In this document: positions 20,299 through 29,955 of the stretch, piece by piece
How positions within the stretch are numbered: the first letter of the stretch is position 1
Layout: each line of letters opens with the position of its first letter
Assembly: GCA_017539215.1 (NCBI GenBank)
Contig: JAFYHI010000038.1
Span: forward strand, 134 to 64,133
Direction: 5' to 3'
Length of the DNA stretch: 64,000 nt
Origin: Clostridia bacterium
GTDB taxonomy: Bacteria > Bacillota > Clostridia > Christensenellales > CAG-138
Translations under genes and position numbers: made by a program
The notes under the pieces: generated by a model
Database searches by the model: none
What the model saw: the letters and a program-made list of their open reading frames with translations, nothing else
What the model was told of the DNA's origin: nothing

Positions 20299-20326
20299 TT
20301 GACTTTGCACGGTTTCGGGGTATAAT
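20299..20326 (+). promoter_or_regulatory. Sigma-70-type promoter candidate for the hut operon (TTGACT-16-TATAAT)
   Basis: TTGACT at 20299-20304 and TATAAT at 20321-20326, 45 nt upstream of the hutH ATG. Confidence 0.5.
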
Positions 20327-20370
20327 GTAATTGATTTTATCCTACTTTAACATGGAAAGGATGTATAAAT

Positions 20371-21906
20371 ATGGCAATCATGATCGACGGTAAGTCGCTT
20401 ACCCTTTCTCAGGTCGAGGCAGTCGCCCGCGGGTATGAAAAGGTGCAGCTCACCGAAGAAGCAAAAAACGCCGTCAATAAGGCAAGGGCATATGTTGAGA
20501 AAAAGCTGGACGATGGAGCCGTGATCTACGGCCTCACCACCGGTTTCGGCAAGTTCTCCGACACGTTCATCCCCGCCGATGAAACGGCTCAGCTTCAGCG
20601 CAACCTCATCATTTCGCATTCCTGCGGCATGGGCGAGCCCCTTCCCACAGAGGCGGTAAGGGCCGCTATGCTTTTAAGGTGCAACGCGCTCTCACGCGGG
20701 CACAGCGGCATAAGGCTCTCCACCATACAGACTCTGCTCGATATGCTCAATTCCGGCGTTCACCCCATCATCCCCGAAAAGGGTTCGCTTGGCGCCAGCG
20801 GCGACCTTGCGCCCCTTTCGCACATGGTGCTCGTTATGCTGGGAGAGGGCGAGGCCGAGTTTGAGGGCGTTCGCATGTCCGGCCGTGAAGCTATGGAAAA
20901 GGCCGGTATTCCCGTAATAGAGCTTGCCGCCAAGGAGGGCCTTGCGCTTATCAACGGCACCCAGATCATGACTGCCGTCGGTTCGCTTGCCGTCATAGAC
21001 GCGCTTGACCTTTTAAAGACCGCAGACGTTGCGGCGGCGCTTACCGCCGAGGCGCAGTTCGGCATCAAGGCGGCGTTTGACCATAAGGTGCATGACCTTC
21101 GCGGCCATCAGGGCCAGAAGGATACCGCCGAGAATCTGCTTAAGCTGCTTGAGGGTTCCACCCTTGCAAAAAGGACTCAGCCCAACAAGGTGCAGGACGC
21201 TTACGTTATAAGGTGCCTGCCCCAGATACACGGCGCAAGCCGCGACGCCATTCGCTATGTTGCGGAGGCCGTCACGCGCGAGATCAACGCCGTTACCGAC
21301 AACCCCATTATTTTCCCCGATGAGGACGAGGTCATCTCCGGCGGCAACTTCCACGGTCAGCCCATGGCGCTTGCGTTCGACTTCCTCGGTATTGCCGTAT
21401 CCGAGCTTGCAAACGTTTCCGAACGCAGGACGGAGCGTTTGGTCAATCCCGCGCTTTCCTACGGGCTTCCCGCGTTCCTCGCCAAGCACGGCGGCGTCAA
21501 TTCCGGCTTTATGATAGCGCAGTATTCGGCGGCTTCCATGGTCTCGGAAAACAAGGTCTATGCGCATCCGGCCTCCGTTGACTCCATTCCCTCTTCCGCA
21601 AATCAGGAGGACCACGTTTCCATGGGTACCACCGCGGCGCGCAAGGCGCGTATGATCCTGGATAACGCACAAAAGGTTTTGGCTATCGAGCTTGTTACCG
21701 CGCATCAGGCGCTGTGGCTCAGGCGCGAGGCCGGCGAGGGTGAAATGGCTCGCGCTACCAAGGCCGTTTACGACCTTATCGAGTCCCGCGTTCCCGCCAA
21801 CGAATACGACGTCGTCATGTATCCCAACCTCAAAGCGGCTGACGAGCTTATTAAGGCTCACGCCGTTGCACCCGCGGCCGAAGCCGTCTGCGGTCCCCTT
21901 AAATGA
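20371..21906 (+). CDS. hutH: Histidine ammonia-lyase
   Basis: MIO-forming GSLGASGDLAPLSH motif and full-length HAL blocks. Confidence 0.95.
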   Translation: MAIMIDGKSLTLSQVEAVARGYEKVQLTEEAKNAVNKARAYVEKKLDDGAVIYGLTTGFGKFSDTFIPADETAQLQRNLIISHSCGMGEPLPTEAVRAAMLLRCNALSRGHSGIRLSTIQTLLDMLNSGVHPIIPEKGSLGASGDLAPLSHMVLVMLGEGEAEFEGVRMSGREAMEKAGIPVIELAAKEGLALINGTQIMTAVGSLAVIDALDLLKTADVAAALTAEAQFGIKAAFDHKVHDLRGHQGQKDTAENLLKLLEGSTLAKRTQPNKVQDAYVIRCLPQIHGASRDAIRYVAEAVTREINAVTDNPIIFPDEDEVISGGNFHGQPMALAFDFLGIAVSELANVSERRTERLVNPALSYGLPAFLAKHGGVNSGFMIAQYSAASMVSENKVYAHPASVDSIPSSANQEDHVSMGTTAARKARMILDNAQKVLAIELVTAHQALWLRREAGEGEMARATKAVYDLIESRVPANEYDVVMYPNLKAADELIKAHAVAPAAEAVCGPLK

Positions 21907-21962
21907 TATTATCGCGGGCGGAGCGTATCCCGCCCGCTTTTATGCACAGAAAGGAAAACGCT

Positions 21963-23978
21963 ATGGATAACACCACTATTTCCGGAGCTATGACCGTCAA
22001 GCTCGATGCCGTCCTTCCCGAGTACCCCAAGTTCGAAGAGGGCAGGCGCCGCGCTCCCGACAGGGGCTTCCGCCTGACCCCGGCTCAAACCAAGCTTGCC
22101 CTGCGCAATGCTCTGCGCTACGTTCCCGAGGAGCTTCATGAAAAGCTTGCGCCCGAGTTCCTCGAGGAGCTCAGGACCCGCGGCCGCATCTACGCATACC
22201 GCTACCGTCCCGAAGGCCGTATTTACGGCAAGCCCATCGATGAGTATAAGGGCAACTGCATAGAGGGCAAAGCCTTTCAGGTCATGATAGACAATAACCT
22301 CGATTTCGAGATCGCCCTTTACCCCTATGAGCTCGTTACCTACGGCGAGACCGGTCAGCCCTGTCAGAATTGGCTGCAGTACCGCCTTATTAAGAAATAC
22401 CTGGAGCAGCTCACCGATCACCAGACCCTCGTTCTGGAGAGCGGCCATCCCGTGGGCCTGTTCCCCTCCAAGCCCGAGGCGCCCCGCGTTATACTTACCA
22501 ACTCCATGATGGTCGGCATGTTCGACAATCTCGAGGACTGGGAGATAGCGGAGGAGATGGGCGTTGCCAATTACGGTCAGATGACCGCCGGCGGCTGGAT
22601 GTACATCGGCCCGCAGGGTATAGTCCACGGCACTTTCAATACGATCCTCGGCGCCGGACGCAAGTATCTCGGCATCCCGGAGAGCGGCGATCTTTCGGGT
22701 GTTGTGTTCGTATCCTCCGGCCTCGGCGGAATGAGCGGCGCTCAGCCCAAGGCAGCCAATATCGCCAACGCCGTCGGCATTTTCGCAGAAGTCGACCGCA
22801 GCCGCATCGAGACGCGCCTCAATCAGGGCTGGGTCAACGTTATCTCCGACGACCTTGACGAGGTGTTTGCGCTTGCGGAAAAGCATCGTGCCGAACGCAC
22901 CACCATCTCCATCGCTTATCACGGCAATATAGTCGACCTGCTTGAGGCGGCGGTAAAGCGCGGCTTCAAGATAGACCTGCTCTCCGACCAGACCTCCTGC
23001 CACAACGTGTATAACGGCGGCTACTGCCCCGTTGGCTACACCTTTGAGCAGAGGACGGAGCTTCTGCACACCGACCGCGACGCCTTCCGCAAGGCCGTCA
23101 ACGCATCGCTCCGCCGCCATTTTGACGCCATCTGCACGCTTAAGCAGGCCGGCACCTACTTCTTCGATTACGGCAACTCCTTTATGAAGGCCGTTTACGA
23201 CGCGGGCGTCAAGGAGATATCAAAGAACGGCGTCGACGAGAAGGACGGCTTCATATTCCCCTCCTACGTTGAGGACATAATGGGCCCCATGCTCTTTGAC
23301 TACGGCTACGGCCCGTTCCGCTGGGTGTGCCTTTCCGGCAAGGAGTCCGACCTTATTGCGACCGACCATGCCGCTATGGACTGCATCGACCCGAACCGCC
23401 GCTTCCAGGACCGCGACAATTACAACTGGATACGCGATGCAGAAAAGAACAAGCTCGTCGTCGGCACTCAGGCCCGCATACTCTATCAGGACGCCGAGGG
23501 CAGGACGAGGATCGCGCTCCGCTTCAACGAAATGGTGCGCGAGGGCAAGATCGGCCCCGTTATGATCGGACGCGACCATCACGACGTTTCCGGCACCGAC
23601 TCCCCCTTCCGCGAGACCGCCAACATCAAGGACGGCTCCAACGTAATGGCCGATATGGCCGTACAGTGCTTTGCGGGCAATGCCGCACGCGGCATGAGCC
23701 TCTGCGCCCTCCACAACGGCGGCGGCGTGGGCATCGGCAAGTCGATCAACGGCGGCTTCGGTCTCGTTCTTGACGGCTCTGAGCGCATCGACAGCATAAT
23801 CAGGTCCGCAATGATGTGGGACGTTATGGGCGGCGTGGCAAGGCGTGCATGGGCCAGGAACCCCGCCTCCATCGAGACCTCCATCGAGTACAACGCCAAG
23901 CACGAGGGCGAGGCGCAGATCACGATACCCTACCTTGTCGACGACGAACTCATCGACAGGCTTATAGATAACGACTAA
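21963..23978 (+). CDS. hutU: Urocanate hydratase (long, about 670-aa form)
   Basis: Urocanase blocks (GGMSGAQPKA, GTDSPFRETANIKDGS). Start ATG 21963 follows AAAGGAAA. Confidence 0.92.
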   Translation: MDNTTISGAMTVKLDAVLPEYPKFEEGRRRAPDRGFRLTPAQTKLALRNALRYVPEELHEKLAPEFLEELRTRGRIYAYRYRPEGRIYGKPIDEYKGNCIEGKAFQVMIDNNLDFEIALYPYELVTYGETGQPCQNWLQYRLIKKYLEQLTDHQTLVLESGHPVGLFPSKPEAPRVILTNSMMVGMFDNLEDWEIAEEMGVANYGQMTAGGWMYIGPQGIVHGTFNTILGAGRKYLGIPESGDLSGVVFVSSGLGGMSGAQPKAANIANAVGIFAEVDRSRIETRLNQGWVNVISDDLDEVFALAEKHRAERTTISIAYHGNIVDLLEAAVKRGFKIDLLSDQTSCHNVYNGGYCPVGYTFEQRTELLHTDRDAFRKAVNASLRRHFDAICTLKQAGTYFFDYGNSFMKAVYDAGVKEISKNGVDEKDGFIFPSYVEDIMGPMLFDYGYGPFRWVCLSGKESDLIATDHAAMDCIDPNRRFQDRDNYNWIRDAEKNKLVVGTQARILYQDAEGRTRIALRFNEMVREGKIGPVMIGRDHHDVSGTDSPFRETANIKDGSNVMADMAVQCFAGNAARGMSLCALHNGGGVGIGKSINGGFGLVLDGSERIDSIIRSAMMWDVMGGVARRAWARNPASIETSIEYNAKHEGEAQITIPYLVDDELIDRLIDND

Positions 23979-24000
23979 TAACCAAAGGAGATACCGAATC

Positions 24001-24927
24001 ATGGCAAAGATCATTGAATGCGTACCCAATATTTCCGAGGGCAGGAATCACGAGGTCATAGAGGCCTGCGTCGATCAGATCCGCAATACCGCGGGCGTAA
24101 CGCTTCTCGACTACTCCAGCGACGCTTCACATAACCGCAGCGTCATCACCTTCATGGGCAATCCCGAGGGCGTTATGAACGCCGCCGTGGCCCTTGCCAA
24201 AAAGGCAGCAGAGCTCATCGACCTTACCCATCACAAGGGCGAGCATCCCCGTATGGGCGCCGTCGACGTGTGCCCGCTCATCCCCTTGAAGGACTGCACC
24301 AAGGAGGAGACCGTTGAGTATTCCCGTCAGCTCGGCGCGCGCATCTGGGAGGAGGCCGGTGTTCCCGTTTTCCTTTATGAGGATTCCGCATCCGCGCCCC
24401 ACCGCGTGAACCTTGCCGACATAAGAAAGGGCCAGTTCGAGGCAATGCCCGAAAAGGTCAAGGATCCCATGTGGACCCCCGATTTCGGCGGCGCGTTCTG
24501 CCATCCCACCGCGGGCTGCACCGCCGTCGGCTGCCGTATGCCCCTTGTAGCTTTCAATATCAACCTCTCCACCGATAACGTTGATATCGCAAAGTCCATT
24601 GCCAAGATCATTCGCCGCAAGAACGGCGGCTTTGACTGCGTAAAGTCCAACGGCTTCCTTATTGAGATACCCGCCGATCCCGAAAAGGGCACTCCCGAAA
24701 GGAAGTACGCGCAGGTCTCCATCAACATGACCGACTTCAACCGCACTCCGCTTTATCGCGTTGTTGAGGTCACCAAGGCCGAGGCAAAGCGTTGGGGCGT
24801 GTGGGTAACCGGCACCGAGATTATCGGCCTTACCCCCATGAAGGCGCTTATCGACTCCGCAGAGTATTACCTCCAGCTCGAGGGCTTTGATTTCGATAAG
24901 CAGGTTATTGAAAACTACATGCTCTGA
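24001..24927 (+). CDS. Glutamate formimidoyltransferase
   Basis: N-terminal IECVPNISEGRN and HPRMGAVDVCP, typical of the formiminotransferase domain of FTCD. Confidence 0.9.
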   Translation: MAKIIECVPNISEGRNHEVIEACVDQIRNTAGVTLLDYSSDASHNRSVITFMGNPEGVMNAAVALAKKAAELIDLTHHKGEHPRMGAVDVCPLIPLKDCTKEETVEYSRQLGARIWEEAGVPVFLYEDSASAPHRVNLADIRKGQFEAMPEKVKDPMWTPDFGGAFCHPTAGCTAVGCRMPLVAFNINLSTDNVDIAKSIAKIIRRKNGGFDCVKSNGFLIEIPADPEKGTPERKYAQVSINMTDFNRTPLYRVVEVTKAEAKRWGVWVTGTEIIGLTPMKALIDSAEYYLQLEGFDFDKQVIENYML

Positions 24928-26156
24928 TGTCTATGCTTCTCATCAAAAACATAGGTATGCTCGCTACCGCAAAGGGGTGCTCTCCCCTTTGCGGGGCGGC
25001 TCAGCACTCGGGTATTGAGATAATTAGAAACTGCGCAGTTCTTATCAACGGCGATACCATTCAGGCCGTTTACGACAACGATGAAGCTCCCAAGTGTGAA
25101 AACGTGATCGATGCGAACGGTCTTCTTGTCACAGCCGGCCTTGTCGACGCTCATACGCATCTTGTTTTCGGCGGATGGCGTCAGCACGAGGTGCCATTAA
25201 AGCTTCGCGGTGCGGGATATCTTGAGATCCTGCAGGCCGGAGGCGGCATACTCAACACGCTTACTGCCACCCGCAATGCCACTGAGGATGAGCTTTATCT
25301 GCGTGCGGGCAAGGTGCTGGATGAAATGCTGTCCTACGGCGTTACCACGGTGGAGGCAAAGTCCGGTTACGGCCTTAACGTTGAGGATGAGCTTAAGCAA
25401 CTTCGTGTGATCCGCCGTTTGAAGGAGCAGGGCAGCTTCAACGTCGTGCCCACCTTCATGGCCGCTCATGCCGTTCCGCCGGAATTCAAGGGAAATCCGG
25501 ACGGATACATTGAGTTTATATGCACCGAGATACTGCCCAAGGTCGCAGACGACGAGCTTTGCGAGTTTGTGGACGTATTCTGCGAAACGGGCGTTTTCAA
25601 CGTTGAACAGTCTCGTAAGATGCTTACCTACGGTCAGGCTTACGGCTTTAAGACCAAGATCCACGCGGACGAGATCGACGCGATTGGAGGCTCGGTACTT
25701 GCCGGCGAGATCGGCGCGACAAGCGCAGAGCATCTCATAGCCGTTGACGACGCGGGTATCGCTTCCATGGCAAGGGGCGGCACTATCGCGTGCCTGCTGC
25801 CCGGCACTTCACTGTACCTCAATAAGGATTTTGCTCCCGCGCGTAAATTCATTGAGGCGGGCGTCCCCGTTGCCGTCTGTACGGATTTCAACCCCGGCTC
25901 CTGCCCGTCCGATAACCTGCAGCTCTGCATGAATCTTGCGTATCTTAAGTACCGCATGACTCCGGAGGAGATACTTGCGGCCGTCACCCTTAATGCCGCC
26001 TGCGCGGTGAACAGGGGTGAAAGCATCGGCACCGTCGAGTCCGGAAAGCAGGCCGATCTCGTTATTTGGGACGCAAAGGATCTTGATTATCTTGTTTACC
26101 GCATGGGCTCCAACCTTGCAAAAATCGTTATAAGGAAAGGAAACATCGTAAAATGA
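24927..26156 (+). CDS. hutI: Imidazolonepropionase
   Basis: Amidohydrolase metal ligands (DAHTHLVFGG, KIHADE, CTDFNPGS) in the HutI arrangement. Confidence 0.92.
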   Translation: MSMLLIKNIGMLATAKGCSPLCGAAQHSGIEIIRNCAVLINGDTIQAVYDNDEAPKCENVIDANGLLVTAGLVDAHTHLVFGGWRQHEVPLKLRGAGYLEILQAGGGILNTLTATRNATEDELYLRAGKVLDEMLSYGVTTVEAKSGYGLNVEDELKQLRVIRRLKEQGSFNVVPTFMAAHAVPPEFKGNPDGYIEFICTEILPKVADDELCEFVDVFCETGVFNVEQSRKMLTYGQAYGFKTKIHADEIDAIGGSVLAGEIGATSAEHLIAVDDAGIASMARGGTIACLLPGTSLYLNKDFAPARKFIEAGVPVAVCTDFNPGSCPSDNLQLCMNLAYLKYRMTPEEILAAVTLNAACAVNRGESIGTVESGKQADLVIWDAKDLDYLVYRMGSNLAKIVIRKGNIVK

Positions 26157-26779
26157 AACTCACCGAAATGACCGTATCCGATTATCTTGAGCTCGTCGCC
26201 TCCGATGCTCCCGCTCCCGGCGGCGGAAGCGCTTCCGCTCTTGTTGGCGCTCAGGGCGTTGGCCTTTTCACAATGGTCGCCGGCCTCACTCTCGGCCGCA
26301 AGAAGTACGTCGATTTTGTCGATAACTGCAACGAGATCATCGAGGCGGGCAAGCCCATCGTAAAGGAGCTCACCGCGCAGATCGACCGCGACACCGATGC
26401 GTACAACATGATCTCCGATGCGTTCAAAATGCCCAAGGAGACCGACGAGGAAAAGGCCGCCCGTAAGGCTGCGATCCGTGAAGCCACCATCGTTGCGACA
26501 AACGCTCCTCTTTATACTCTTGAGCTTTGCCATAAGGGCATGGAGCTTGGCAAGATGCTCATCGGCAAGTTCAATACCAACTGCGCTTCCGATTTCGGCG
26601 TTGGCGCGCTCAACGTCCGCGCCGCCGCATACGGCGCCTGGATGAACGTGCTCATCAACGTCTCCGGCCTTGACGAGCAGCTCGCTGCCGATTATAAGGC
26701 AAAGGGCCAAAAGCTCATCGCCGATATCGACGCCGGCTTCGAGGCTATATATAACGAGACCATGCAGTATATGCAGTAA
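26153..26779 (+). CDS. Formimidoyltetrahydrofolate cyclodeaminase family protein
   Basis: SDAPAPGGGSASALVGA motif of the cyclodeaminase/cyclohydrolase (FTCD C-terminal) family. ATGA overlap with hutI. Confidence 0.85.
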   Translation: MKLTEMTVSDYLELVASDAPAPGGGSASALVGAQGVGLFTMVAGLTLGRKKYVDFVDNCNEIIEAGKPIVKELTAQIDRDTDAYNMISDAFKMPKETDEEKAARKAAIREATIVATNAPLYTLELCHKGMELGKMLIGKFNTNCASDFGVGALNVRAAAYGAWMNVLINVSGLDEQLAADYKAKGQKLIADIDAGFEAIYNETMQYMQ

Positions 26780-26794
26780 TTTGAGGCAAAACAA

Positions 26795-26830
26795 AGGGGC
26801 CGGGCGATCGCCTGACCCCTGTTTTCTTGG
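26795..26830 (+). terminator. Terminator candidate after the hut operon
   Basis: Interrupted GC stem (GGGG..GGC/GCC..CCCC) followed by TGTTTTCTTGGTTTT. Confidence 0.45.
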
Positions 26831-26836
26831 TTTTAC

Positions 26837-27265
26837 TCATTTAAGCAATTCTCCGCAGAACGCTTCCATGTCATCCTCACCGCTTTTAAAGCGGTATTCA
26901 TACTCTCCCGAATCAAAGCAGCCGTGCTTTCTTTCAAGCATCTGTTCAACGGGAGGGGGAAGAACGCCGTGCATCCTCGCCTTGAAGCGTTCCTTTATGG
27001 TATCAAGCTCGGCGGTAACGAGCACCCTCACGGCGCCTTCCGGAAGTAAAGCGATATGCTCCTTCTCGGTAATGACGTAAATAAGGTCGTCGCCAGTTAC
27101 GGCCTCCTTAAGCTGCTTTTTGAAAAGCGCCTGCGCAATGCTCTCCGATTTGGCAAGGCTCAGATAATCCTTGCCTGAGATTATTTTGCAGCCGAGCTTT
27201 GCGCTTATCGCTTCGGCCAAGGTCGATTTTCCGGTGCAGTTTTCACCTATCAGTGCTATCAGCAT
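26837..27265 (-). CDS. Small P-loop NTPase / nucleotide-kinase-like protein
   Basis: Walker A IGENCTGKST at the N-terminus when started at ATG 27265, which is preceded by GGAGGA. 142 aa. Confidence 0.6.
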   Translation of the reverse strand: MLIALIGENCTGKSTLAEAISAKLGCKIISGKDYLSLAKSESIAQALFKKQLKEAVTGDDLIYVITEKEHIALLPEGAVRVLVTAELDTIKERFKARMHGVLPPPVEQMLERKHGCFDSGEYEYRFKSGEDDMEAFCGELLK

Positions 27266-27752
27266 AATAATCCTCCTTTCCGAGCTTGTAAAAGGTGAAG
27301 CCTTCCTTGTCGCAAACCCTCGTAAATCCAAGCTTTTCAAGTATGTGTCGGCTTCTTGCGTTCTTGATTATCGTATCGGCAAGCACTGTGTTCATCCCAA
27401 GCACGCCGAAGGCATATTCAATTGCAAGCCTCTCGGCCTCCGTGCCGTACCCGAGTCCCTTTACCGAATCGTCCTTCAAATGAATGCCCAGCTCACAGCT
27501 TTTATGATCGTTATCGATATGCTTCAATACGACCTCGCCTATGACCCGTTCGCCGAGCATCACGGCAAATGAAAGCCGATCGGAGTCGCCGGAATGGCGT
27601 TCGAACACAGCGTCAACCGCCTGCTCATCATACGGGAGCCCGCAAAGCTTTCGGAAAACGGCTTCGTCGGTAAACATACAGGCGTCGTATTCAAACCCGC
27701 GGAACAGCTCGTGAAAGCGTTCCCGTGTCATGGGCAAAAGCTCAACGTGCAT
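27243..27752 (-). CDS. GNAT family N-acetyltransferase (RimJ/RimL-like)
   Basis: GNAT core GLGYGTEAERLAIEYAF...NARSRHILEKLGF. The start is uncertain (27752 or 27731). Confidence 0.75.
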   Translation of the reverse strand: MHVELLPMTRERFHELFRGFEYDACMFTDEAVFRKLCGLPYDEQAVDAVFERHSGDSDRLSFAVMLGERVIGEVVLKHIDNDHKSCELGIHLKDDSVKGLGYGTEAERLAIEYAFGVLGMNTVLADTIIKNARSRHILEKLGFTRVCDKEGFTFYKLGKEDYYADSTDR

Positions 27753-28596
27753 ATTTGCTCGCCGCGTTCACAACATGGCTCATCAGCACGCTGGTGGTAA
27801 CGGCTCCGACGCCGCCGGGGACGGGCGTTAAGGCGGAAACGACGGGCTCGACCTCGTCGAATTCCACGTCGCCCACTATCTTGCCCTTTTCCTCGCTCCA
27901 ATTGATGCCGACGTCTATCACGGTCTGTCCGTCGCGCACAAAGTCCGCGCCGACCATGCCGGCTGAACCCGCGGCGGCGACTATAACGTCCGCCCTGCGG
28001 CATTCCGCACCCGTATCCCGCGTCCTCGTATGGCACACGGTAACGGTCGCGTTCTTCTTTATAAGCATCATTGCAACGGGTTTTCCGATAACAAGGCTCC
28101 TGCCTATCACGGTAACGTTTTTTCCCTTAAGGTCTATCCCGTAATGCTCGGCGAGCTCTATCACCGCCTGCGCCGTGCAGGGAGGATACCCCAGCTCCTT
28201 CTGCGCGTAAACGCCTGCCATGGAAAGGTCCGTAATACCGTCCATGTCCTTTTCGGGAGAAAGCGTGTTGCATACGCGCGTTTCGTTGATATGGCGGGGG
28301 AGGGGGCGGAACATAAGCACACCGTGTATACTGCGGTCGGCGTTGATCTCGCGTATGCTCCGTATAAGCTCCTCTTCGCTCACGTCCTCAGGAAAAAGCT
28401 TCTGCACCACGTTTACGCCAACGGCGGAGGCGCGCTTCAGCGCCCCGCGCTCATAGGACAGGTCGTCCGGCCTTTCGCCCACACGCAATATGCAAAGGGT
28501 CGGGGTCACGCCCTTGCCCTCAAGCTCCCTCACGGCGGCGGCAGTCCTCTCGTTTATTGCTTCCGCAACGGGCTTGCCCGTAAGTATAACAGCCAT
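27742..28596 (-). CDS. folD: Bifunctional methylene-THF dehydrogenase / methenyl-THF cyclohydrolase
   Basis: FolD blocks (YERGALKRA, HGVLMFRPLP, GRSLVIGKPVAMML, PVPGGVGAVT). Confidence 0.93.
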   Translation of the reverse strand: MAVILTGKPVAEAINERTAAAVRELEGKGVTPTLCILRVGERPDDLSYERGALKRASAVGVNVVQKLFPEDVSEEELIRSIREINADRSIHGVLMFRPLPRHINETRVCNTLSPEKDMDGITDLSMAGVYAQKELGYPPCTAQAVIELAEHYGIDLKGKNVTVIGRSLVIGKPVAMMLIKKNATVTVCHTRTRDTGAECRRADVIVAAAGSAGMVGADFVRDGQTVIDVGINWSEEKGKIVGDVEFDEVEPVVSALTPVPGGVGAVTTSVLMSHVVNAASKYAR

Positions 28597-28606
28597 AGTA
28601 CACCTC

Positions 28607-29899
28607 TTATTCGTGATTGCTGCCGTTCTGCAGCATTATCCTCAGTATTTCACGGTCGGTTTCACGCATACCGTCCTTGCCCAGCCTTCCTACGTTTGCA
28701 ATGGTGTTTTCGACCCCTGCGGAGATTATCCCGTCGCCGCCCTGGAATTCCATACCGCGAACGTACATCTGATAGCCCAGTATCCCGGCGTCGACTGCAG
28801 AGGCTATCTTTGCCGCGCAGCTCGGTTTTGCGCCGTCGCAGACTATGCCGCTGACGACGGCAAGCGCGTTAACGAGCGTATGCGCCACTATGTCGTAGCC
28901 GCCTCCCAAAAGGTACGCTATGCCGGCTCCCGCGCCGCAGCCCGCGTTTACCGCGCCGCAGAACGCCGAAAGCCTGCCTATCCAGGTTTTCTGGTGTATG
29001 GTGACAAGGTTTGAAACGCAGAGCGACCTTAACAGCTTGTCCTCGCCCACGTCGTATTCCCTTGCATATACTATGACGGGCAGCGAGGCCGCCATGCCCT
29101 GGTTGCCTGAACCGGACACGATGATAACGGGCATCTCGCAGCCGCTCATCCTTGCATCGGAGCCGGCGGCCGCCATCGCCTTGGCCCTGATTTTGACGTC
29201 GTAACCGTAAACGTCGAGGAGTACCCGTCCGACGTTGGCCCCCCAGCGCCCGCGTATGCCCTCGTTTGCTATCGCGGTGTTGTAATCTATCTGACGCTGA
29301 AGCACCTCGCGCACGTCGTCAAGGTCGACCGTGTCGGCAAAGTCCACAATATCTTTTATCGTCAGCAGGCCGCGGTCGGTAAGGCCCTGCGAGGTCAGCT
29401 CGAGCTCCGGCGCTTTGAACATTACTTCGCCGTTCTTTTCGATAAGTACAACGTTCGTGTGATAGTCCTTAATACGCAGCCGTGAATACTCGTTCCCGGA
29501 GTGCAGGGTTATATCGATGTCGAAAATGACTTCTGCTGAGGATGGACGCACGATAATGGGCACCCTTCGCATAAACTCTCTGATTTTGGGCTTGTCCTCC
29601 TCGGATACGTTTGCAAGCACCTCGAGCACGCGCTCCGGTTCGCCAACGGTGATTCCGGCTGCGGCGGCGGATTCTATGCCTTTTAACCCGCCCGTGTTGG
29701 GCACCACAACGGATTTTACGTTTTTGATAATGTTTCCGCTTACGGTTATCTCGACCCTGTCCGGATCATGCCCCAAAACCGCCTTTGCTTTTGCAGCGGC
29801 AAACGCTATTGCGATAGGCTCGGTGCATCCCATTGCGGGTACGAGCTCTTCTTTCAAAATGTCTATATACGCTTTGTATTTTGAGTCGGCAGCAAGCAT
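28607..29899 (-). CDS. L-cysteine desulfidase family protein (UPF0597/YhaM-like, serine-dehydratase-alpha-like)
   Basis: AMGCTEPIAIAFAAA and GSGNQG blocks. ATG 29899 is preceded by GGAGGTG. Confidence 0.75.
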   Translation of the reverse strand: MLAADSKYKAYIDILKEELVPAMGCTEPIAIAFAAAKAKAVLGHDPDRVEITVSGNIIKNVKSVVVPNTGGLKGIESAAAAGITVGEPERVLEVLANVSEEDKPKIREFMRRVPIIVRPSSAEVIFDIDITLHSGNEYSRLRIKDYHTNVVLIEKNGEVMFKAPELELTSQGLTDRGLLTIKDIVDFADTVDLDDVREVLQRQIDYNTAIANEGIRGRWGANVGRVLLDVYGYDVKIRAKAMAAAGSDARMSGCEMPVIIVSGSGNQGMAASLPVIVYAREYDVGEDKLLRSLCVSNLVTIHQKTWIGRLSAFCGAVNAGCGAGAGIAYLLGGGYDIVAHTLVNALAVVSGIVCDGAKPSCAAKIASAVDAGILGYQMYVRGMEFQGGDGIISAGVENTIANVGRLGKDGMRETDREILRIMLQNGSNHE

Positions 29900-29926
29900 A
29901 TCGGCACCTCCTGAAAATCTTTCAAC

Positions 29927-29955
29927 ATTATACATCAAAACACGTTCCTTTTCAA
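29927..29955 (-). promoter_or_regulatory. Promoter candidate for the cysteine-desulfidase-family/folD operon (TTGAAA-17-TATAAT)
   Basis: On the minus strand: TTGAAA (fwd 29950-29955), TATAAT (fwd 29927-29932), about 28 nt upstream of ATG 29899. Confidence 0.5.

Noticed and set aside
21909-23120. 403-aa ORF antisense to hutU
   Set aside because: The sense strand encodes an unmistakable urocanase. The antisense frame is an artefact of GC-rich codon bias.
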